Assembly (NCBI GenBank): GCA_000165425.1
Contig: CT868008.1
Coordinates: 372,001 to 436,000 of the forward strand
DNA from: Paramecium tetraurelia
Taxonomy: Eukaryota
Direction: 5' to 3'
Length of the DNA stretch: 64,000 nt
Shown here: piece by piece, positions 56,155 to 64,000 of the stretch
Layout of the letters: each line of letters starts with the position of its first letter
Numbering within the stretch: position 1 is the stretch's first letter
Program-made: the position numbers and the translations under genes
The notes under the pieces: generated by a model
Seen by the model: only the letters and a program-made list of their open reading frames with translations
Told to the model about the DNA's origin: nothing
The model's database searches: none

Positions 56155-56807
56155 ATTGAATATACTAAATGTTTATGTATTATTTATTAAGTATTATGTT
56201 ATTCTAAACTATTTACTCTAAATCCTAATGGTAGTTAAATGAAAATTTCTCGAAATTCTATTCAATAAATAATGTCTATCTATCCATGTTTGATGAGTGC
56301 GATTTTTATTCAAATTTTTTTCGAAATTTTGTTTTTTAGTTTCATTTCTTGATTTTAAGTATAGTAAATTTATAGGCTATTACATATGTAATGAATGAAT
56401 TTACTAAATAAAGAAAACAATAACACTGAATTAATATATAATATAATATAATATTTATATTAAATAAATGATATTATTGTTTTAATATTAAAAAAAGGTG
56501 TGAGTAAATATTTTAGTATAAATAAAATCTAAGTAAAAGGTTTATATTCGTACTATTAATAACAGCTTTATTATAACTCTCTTAAAGTACTCTATGGCTT
56601 GAATTATATAAATACTGATCTGATTTACAACTGCAAACATCAAAATTACGGAGTTTCATAAAAATTATTAAAGCCCAAAAAAACGCCGCTCTATATCATA
56701 ATAAATTGCCAATTATTTAATTTGAATTAATTACTAGTTAAACTATATTTCTTTATTTCTTGTTAAATATTTAATTTTATTTTATCTCTAAACTAACTTA
56801 AAACTAA

Positions 56808-57038
56808 ATGGTCAAGAAGGTGAATGTAAAGGCTTTTTCAGAGAACTTGTTAAAACTCGCCGAAGAATATTAAGTGAATTCTATAAATTATTTGTATATC
56901 AAAACTTTTCAAAAAGATATGATGAGTTGGATTGAAAATGATTTTTATAAAATAAGTTCCATCACTTCAAATGAATATTTTGAAGTGAGGAGGATTCGTG
57001 ATAATATCTGTTTATCAAATTAAAATCTAACTTTTTGA
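56808..57038 (+). CDS. Possible small hypothetical protein (76 aa)
   Basis: Table-6 ORF MVKKVNVKAFSENLLKLAEEYQ... with no recognisable motif. Confidence 0.3.
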
Positions 57039-57098
57039 AAAACATAATAATGAATATACACTCGATATACTATTTATAAATATTCATCATCAGTACTC

Positions 57099-57841
57099 TC
57101 ATAAAAATTGTGTATGAATATTAATAAATGTTGTAGATAAACAACCTAAAAATTTGGATAGTACACATTCTGCTTCAGGAAACAATTATAGTTCTTCTAT
57201 CGTTTCTATTTTTATTTAATCGGCTTCATTTTCTATTTTTGGAAGTTGATCCTTTGAAATGCAATCCACAGGGTGGTATTGTCTAAAATATTTAACATTG
57301 TACTTTCCCAAAATATTATCCCAAACGAATCTTAGTTATTTGTAATATCTATTTTTTAACATGTTTGATGTTTTTCCAGGGAAATATCTGGAGAACTTAT
57401 GGAACTTGGGTCCTTTCTTAAGAACGTAGTTGAGTAATCGTTAATCATCTTCTTTAGAAAATGTCTTAACTCTATTTTTAGACCTTTTATGTCTTATTTC
57501 ATTATCTTTCTTCAATGAATAGCGTATTTATTTCATCTTCTCTTGTTTAAGGTTTTTGTTTGCTTAGTTATCTTTATGCTTCAGAAATTATTGCGAATAA
57601 ACGTTATCTGCATTTTCAGTTATATCACACACTTCTAAGAATGACATAAATGTTTACTATTAGGTTCTTCATTATTTGAAGTTAATGATTCGTGATCAGA
57701 CATGAAGATTTCAGAATTTGAATTGACAGGATGATGAAATTCTTACTATAATATTACATTTTTGTTTCTTCCTTAATCCTTATCTTTCTTAGTTTTTATG
57801 GCTTTTGAGTTTCTTTTTGTTATTTTAACTTAAGTTAACAT
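57099..57841 (-). CDS. Single-repeat Myb-like protein
   Basis: FSKEDDQRLLNYVLKKGPKFHKFSRYFPGKTSNMLKNRYYKQLRFVWD. At least one short intron. Confidence 0.82.
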
Positions 57842-60819
57842 GATGAAGACAAGATATAAATAAATTTGATTAATTAATCGGTGAAATCACATTTTTAGGT
57901 GATATTAAATCTTTTATCTTATTCTATTCAGAAATTAAGTATTACTAACAATCTCATATTATCATCTACTAAAGCATTAAGCATAGTATTTTGACAAGTA
58001 AGAAGGTTATTGCGAATGTTTGAATTATTCCTAATCTTCTAAATAAAGTCAAATATCTATTTTTTTTTCATTTCTTCATTATTTTATGTTCATAAATTTT
58101 AAGGTTTAGTAATACGATAATAATGACTTTCATTTCTATTGTTTGAATAAAGTAGAGAAAAATACACAAGATACAATCTAGATTGATATTAATCTATAAC
58201 ATATTAGCTAATTTTCATATCTTAGTTAAAGATTTACTATACAATTAAATGCATATTTAATGAAATTAGCATAATATAACTAAACTTAAATATTTCTTTA
58301 TCCGATATAATTTACTAATTATAATTTCAACGTTGAAACAAAGCTTTAAATGATCACTTTTTATATTATTAAGTCAATTATCCTTTCCTTTATCTCAATA
58401 TTAAGATTGTTTAAATAATTTGATCACCTATAAAACAAGTTAACAAGTATATATGAATGATTGTTTTTATAATCTTATAAATTAAGTTCCATTTTGCAAA
58501 AGCAAACCTCAATTTTGCTATTAGCCATTATTTGATTACTATACACAATTTGTTAACTGAAATATGATATAGCCTATTTGAAATTGTTTGTAATATTATA
58601 TCAGTTTATATAAAAAAGAATGAATTTCTTATTCCTTGAAAATCTGCGCAATTAATACTTGTATTGAATCTCTTGATTAATATAATTTTATTTTCTTAAT
58701 GCAAACTTTAATATGTGTATTATTTGTGATTTTTTTTTTCTCATAATTTATTTTAATACTTTTGCCTAATTTATGAAGCATAGTCATTTTGATATAGTTC
58801 GTAATTCAAATGATGCTGTTTATATTTTGAGATTAATTATAAAGAATGTTCCTCTTTAATTATATAAAATTTTAATATGAGGTCTAATTTCTTTCAAGAA
58901 ATTGAGATCTATGATGCTTAAAACAATTAAATAGCTGTAACATGTTTAATTTACAATTACTTATTATATAAATATGTTCTTTAATGATTATAACAGTATA
59001 ATAGAGACTCATTGCTTGAAAATTAAAATAATAATCTTCCTTTACTAAATGTATGTACCTTTGGAATTTCTCAATAATGAAAAGAGAATTAAAGTTAGAG
59101 ATGTCTAAAGTCTAAGACAGTAGTGGTATTTTATGAGTTATATAACTATTGTGCAACATTTATTCAAAAATAGTACTGTATTAGTTTACTTCAGCAATTA
59201 ATCTGTTATACAAAAAATTTTTCATAATGTCCTTTTATGAAGAGGAACGTATAAGTCTAAATTTATAGTATGGTTACACAACTAAAAATTGTATAATCTA
59301 GATGTATATTTATAAGAATTAGTTGTTTTTGTTAAGGTTTAAAATGCTATACACAAAAATATAAAAGTCAAGAAAAGAAAGTTTTATAGATGAGTTCTCA
59401 ACACCCGATACAGAAAGCAACTGTTAAAGCAAAGCAAACTTTCATTGCCACTTCTCCAACTACTTTTGTGACACAATCGGTCAAATCTTTTTTTATTCCT
59501 TTTTGCATTTTTATTTCTGTTTCTTTGTTATTTTCGTATTATTCATTATATCTTTCAGTCATCAATGTGATTTAAGTTTGATTTTTAAGTTGTTCAGTCA
59601 TCTTGTTTTTTTTGCTGAATGTATATTTATAAATTAATGAGTTTTAATTAGAACATTTTTGAATATATATACGATCAGAAAATGCAGAAAATTATGCATT
59701 AATTCTGATGATGCAAATTGTGATTATATAAATTTTCTGATAATTTCTGTTAGTTTTAGTTTATATTGGAGGCAGGATTTTAAAATGTCGTCATCTTCAT
59801 CAAAACATACAGATATCCCATTTGAATCAAATCAACTTTATTAATATATTGTTAAGAGGTTCATAAGACACCAAGAAAGTGTTTTGGACCATGTAAATGA
59901 TACTTGCTAAAATTTTTGGAAGTTGCATCTATGCCAAACATTTTAATTAAGAACAAGTTTACGTCATTTAAATTAATATCAAAATTTATTACAACTGATT
60001 TGAAGTCATTTGTAAATAACACATTTCTAAATAATTATAATCATTTTGTATTAGGAATCAGTTAGTCTCCATTTTTATTTTATCTTATTTTTATAGAATT
60101 CTTGTTAAATCATTCTAAAATATTGCCTTAACTTCTTCTATTCTTGTCAAATTCTTCTACCTATCTACAATATTATCCATTAAACTAAGTGTTTAACCCT
60201 AGTTGAAGAATCAGATTGTTTAATATATCAAATAAATTTCCAATTCATACTTTTCCATTATTTATTTTAGAATTATTGCAAATTCTAAAGCTATAATCTT
60301 TGAAAATAGAAAATAAGTTTTTCTAAAGGCAATTACTTTTTGATTTTCAATTATAACAATAAAATGTATATTTTATCAATTTAGCTGATAGCCTACATCT
60401 AAAAGAAGAATTATGTAACCAACTATACATAGATGTCATCAGGAAATAATAATCCTTTATTTATATAAATTTTATAAGGATCTGTCTTCATAAGATAGAA
60501 TTAATTATTTTATGCATTTTTTTAGTAATAATTAAATCAGTTAAAGTCTCTGAGTACATTATTTTAATATACTCTTCCTTTGGTTGATTTATAATATAAT
60601 AAAGACATACTCTAAAGAAGTTCCTTTTAGATAAATGAATTAAAAAGAAAAGGTTCTTTTAAAAAGAATAGATATTATAACAAAATAATTTATAGAATGA
60701 GTTGCAATTCTAAGTAAAATATTACCCTTGTGATCATAATTTCAATATATGCGATTAAATTGCAATCCTTAGACAGAAGATATTATTTTCATAATTATTA
60801 TAGTAGTATATATAACTAA

Positions 60820-62334
60820 TCATAATTCATTAACTATTGACAATTTTCTTATTCTTTTCATATTATTTACTTGTTAACTTTATAAATTGTCAATTTCTTG
60901 CAATGGCATTTTCAATTTTGAAACCTTAAATGCACAAAAATTTTATAACTAATTATTCTGATGTTCAATAGAAAGATTGTATATTTCTTATATTGTGTTT
61001 TTATCAACAGTTTAAGCTATATAATATTATGTTTTCTGTTTTAATTATATCATGTCTAGGTAATCACACAATTCTAATAGTCTAAAAAGTTCCTCTTTAT
61101 TTAGAATAGGAAGTATCAAATTATTTTTGTATGAGAAAATCAGAACAATCCCAAAAGCAATATGATCAACATATGATAAATCTAGTTAAAGTAATTGTCC
61201 TTCTACATAATCTCCATTGAATAGTTCTGTAAAGTATCCAGAAGCGTTAATAAGAACAGATTTATCAACTCCAAAACACTTTTCATCCGTTTAGATTAAG
61301 CAATCATATTAATCATTATAAAAATGAACTCCGTTTTCAAATTAAAAATAGTTTTCAAATTGATGTTATGATATTTCTTCATAAGGTTTAGATGGTAGTT
61401 CAACTGAAAGAGGCACAGTATTAACTAGAGGTAGTTCATAGAAGCATAAATCATTTTAATATTTTCCATCGAATCCACCAAAAATAACCAAAGAATTACC
61501 AATAACAGATGCACAATGTTTTCTTCTTGCTTTAACTTTAATGTCATTCTTTATGATCTAAATTTGATGAGTTTACAAATCAAAAGAGTAAAGTTCATCA
61601 GAATCTTTGTCATCCCTTCCTCCAAATAAATAGAATAAATCATCAAATTGTACACAAGATTGTCCCCACTTTGGAAATTAAGTTTTAAGTAAACACCATG
61701 AAATATTTATTTAATCTTCTTCTTACTTGCAATTTGCTATATAAATTGATGGAGTAAGACTGTAAGATTGAGTACATCCACCAATCAAGATTAGTTAACT
61801 ATTATGATAGTGAAGAGTTGCAAATCGTCTTGGTTCTGGCTTTTTCTAGTTCTCAACTTTGACTGTATATTATGTATTGTTGCATAAATCAACAATTTCT
61901 AATTCGTCTAGATCTTTACCAGATTCGCCTCCATATATATATAATTTATTATCGCCAACACAACCTGCATGATAAGTTCTAGGTATCAAATTGGTTTTCT
62001 ATTTAATCCAAGTGTTTTTGTTAAATGAATAGAGATCTCCAAATCTAGTTTTAGTTTAGCCTCCTCCACCTTGAACATATATGGTTCCGTTATTTATAAA
62101 CATGATATGGTTTGATCTTGGCTCTGGCACTTAACCAATTTGTAGTATGGTTTGCCATAAGTTATTGTCGAAATCATAAGAATAAAAATCATTTAGATAA
62201 TTGCCATCTTGATTATAATTCTACTTTATACCGAAACCACCAAAAATATATAGTTTTTCATCTAAGGCAATGCTTGAGTGTCCCCATCGACCTCCAGGAC
62301 CTTCGTTTTAACTATTTATAGTAATCCAACTCAT
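60820..62334 (-). CDS. Kelch-repeat plus BTB/POZ protein (LZTR1-like architecture)
   Basis: Kelch blades (GGRWGHS, PEPRSNH..YVQGG, PRTYHA..YIYGG, PRRFA..LIGG, YLFGG, RRKHCA..VIFGG), then BTB (YDCLIQTDEKCFGVDKSVLINASGYFTELF..LLELCDYL). Confidence 0.88.
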
Positions 62335-62423
62335 ATTGATGAAAAAGATAAAGTTTATATTATCGTTAGAAATTATAAATTAATCTTCTGATTGGCAATA
62401 ATTAATAAATATATTTTATTAAA

Positions 62424-62981
62424 ATGGATTATAAAACCATAAATTACGAACAAGGGAAGATTGAATATGGAAGTGAGGAAATATATGTTTCCATCATTTC
62501 CAAATTTATCAACATGACCTTTGAAAAATAACTGCAAGAATTGTACTTAGCCGTATAATTGCTTGATTAAAAAAGGGTTGAGAGGGCTTGCTTTGTCCTC
62601 AAGGGAAGTGTAGGGTAAATCGCTATTAATTAAGGCAGGAAGATAGATCCTTGCATTTGATTATCTGTAAAAAACAAATGCATTATATGATATCGCCAAG
62701 AAACAACAGCCTCATACTGACAGAGATATAATTGATTTATATCACAGATATTTTGACTTGATTGATGCCAGCATTCAATTGGCAGGAGAATTGTCCACGG
62801 CTGCTAAGTAATTGATAAATATTGAGGAAATTAAATCATATAGTAAATCTGTTTACAATCGATAGGGGATACCATTTGGCCAAAGTATATTGAATTTATG
62901 TAGAGATATATATAGGAATACAGTAAGCCAAGTGATAATTAATAACGATGTCAATAATGCAAGGAATGTGTCATATTTTGA
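62424..62981 (+). CDS. HPt (histidine phosphotransfer)-like protein lacking the phospho-His, with C-terminal CaaX (CVIF)
   Basis: Introns 62615-62642 and 62843-62865 give a 168-aa protein: ..KFINMTFEKQLQELYLAVQLLDQKRVERACFVLKGSVGQILAFDYLQKTNALY..CQQCKECVIF*. Confidence 0.72.
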
Positions 62982-63140
62982 ACAATGTATTATAAGTTAT
63001 TTAAAAATTGATCTAATCTTATATCTCATTTCTTAAGATCATAAATTGAGTTTAGATTTTTGGAAATTCCTATATATGTATAATAAATGCCGAATCCAAT
63101 AAAATAATATTATTATTGATTCAAGATTTTACGATTATTA

Positions 63141-63949
63141 ATGCTAAGGAAAAGGGTTGTTCATTGTAGTGCTGACTATGATTACACTCAGAATAGTAAA
63201 AAATGGCCTGATATTCACGAATATTACTTTAGAAAATCGAATTAGTCCCTTGTCAACCTAGATTATAATTATACTAATAAGAATGTAGAATATACAATCA
63301 TAAAATAAGGAAGATGACTTTTATTTTTTCCAAAATACAAACCAACCAAAGTGAGAAATATAAAAAACTATACTTGTCATAATATAATATCAGCTAATGA
63401 TTAAGATAACTTCGGTCCTTTATACACAGTCAACTCTTGGTCTGATAGTGTTGCATATGGTGGGAAAATTATATTCTTTAGAAGTGAAGCTGAGCATAAG
63501 ATTAATGGAGTCTAATATAATTTAGAAGTGTAAATCCAAAATACTATGATCTTTGCAACAATTTAAAATATTTCAACTGTTTCTGTATTTTATATTCAAG
63601 ATGACGCTGCACAAAATCATCGATTCTTATAATCAGTATTATTCTGTAGTAATTATTTAAGGTGATCGATAATTATTGAAAGGATTAGTTCACCTGTGAT
63701 TTAGTCCAAGTGATTACTTCAGCATTTTCTACCTAGCCATATTATATGGAGGCTCTTTCACATTCATGGTACATTTTTGAGAAGCCATTCAAGGCTCCGA
63801 GTTCTTAACTTTAAATCATCCACAATCTATATCGAAATACTGACATTTTACCAATGGAAACTCTAGATAAAGTAGTTTAAGATAGAAAAACTTCAGCAAA
63901 GAAAGTCAAAGTATATGATCCTTATTCTAACTTACAGGATGAGAAATGA
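63141..63949 (+). pseudogene. Disrupted alpha-carbonic-anhydrase-related sequence
   Basis: YDYTQNSKKWPD..NQSLVNL, FFRSEAEHKINGVQYNLEVQI, WYIFEKPF..SSQL and NGNSR occur in alpha-CA order. They are split by in-frame TGAs (63315, 63663) and frame changes. Confidence 0.65.
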
Positions 63950-64000
63950 AATTAAATTATGTATTTTAAATTAGTTCAAATTTCTCTTTTATGCATATTT

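Noticed and set aside
62424..63949. Possible HPt-carbonic anhydrase fusion gene
   Set aside because: A canonical 23-nt intron gives the HPt-like protein its own CaaX-stop at 62981; the CA-like sequence is separate and disrupted.

Overview
AT-rich, gene-dense ciliate DNA, most consistent with a Paramecium (aurelia-complex-like) macronuclear chromosome. TAA/TAG read as Gln, TGA is the only stop, introns are tiny GT..AG (about 20-34 nt) and intergenic gaps are short. The supplied standard-code ORF track therefore fragments real genes, so I re-read genes by hand with translation table 6. About 38 protein-coding loci are supported: a TTL-family ligase (partial), three Myb proteins, several kinases (CK1, CDPK-like, CAMK-like, CDK-like, eIF2-alpha-kinase-like, actin-fragmin-kinase-like, one divergent), a BI-1/LFG protein, a MIR-domain protein, two MFS-type transporters, a DUF726/TMCO4-like hydrolase, a VAP-like protein beside a PH-OSBP protein, an RCC1+IPT protein, BBS4, a TPR protein, long-chain acyl-CoA synthetase, a MORN protein, mitoribosomal mS33, a Cys-rich surface mini-antigen, mitochondrial IF2 and a Kelch-BTB protein, plus two apparent pseudogenes. 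The most interesting observation is a histidine-less HPt (phosphotransfer)-like protein ending in a CaaX box. Others include several predicted pseudo-enzymes, a CaaX/RVxF microprotein, and a disabled gene with TGA exactly at a zinc-ligand Cys position. No rRNA, tRNA, transposon, telomere or CRISPR was recognised. All calls come from manual translation and recalled motifs, with no database searches; intron boundaries are inferred.
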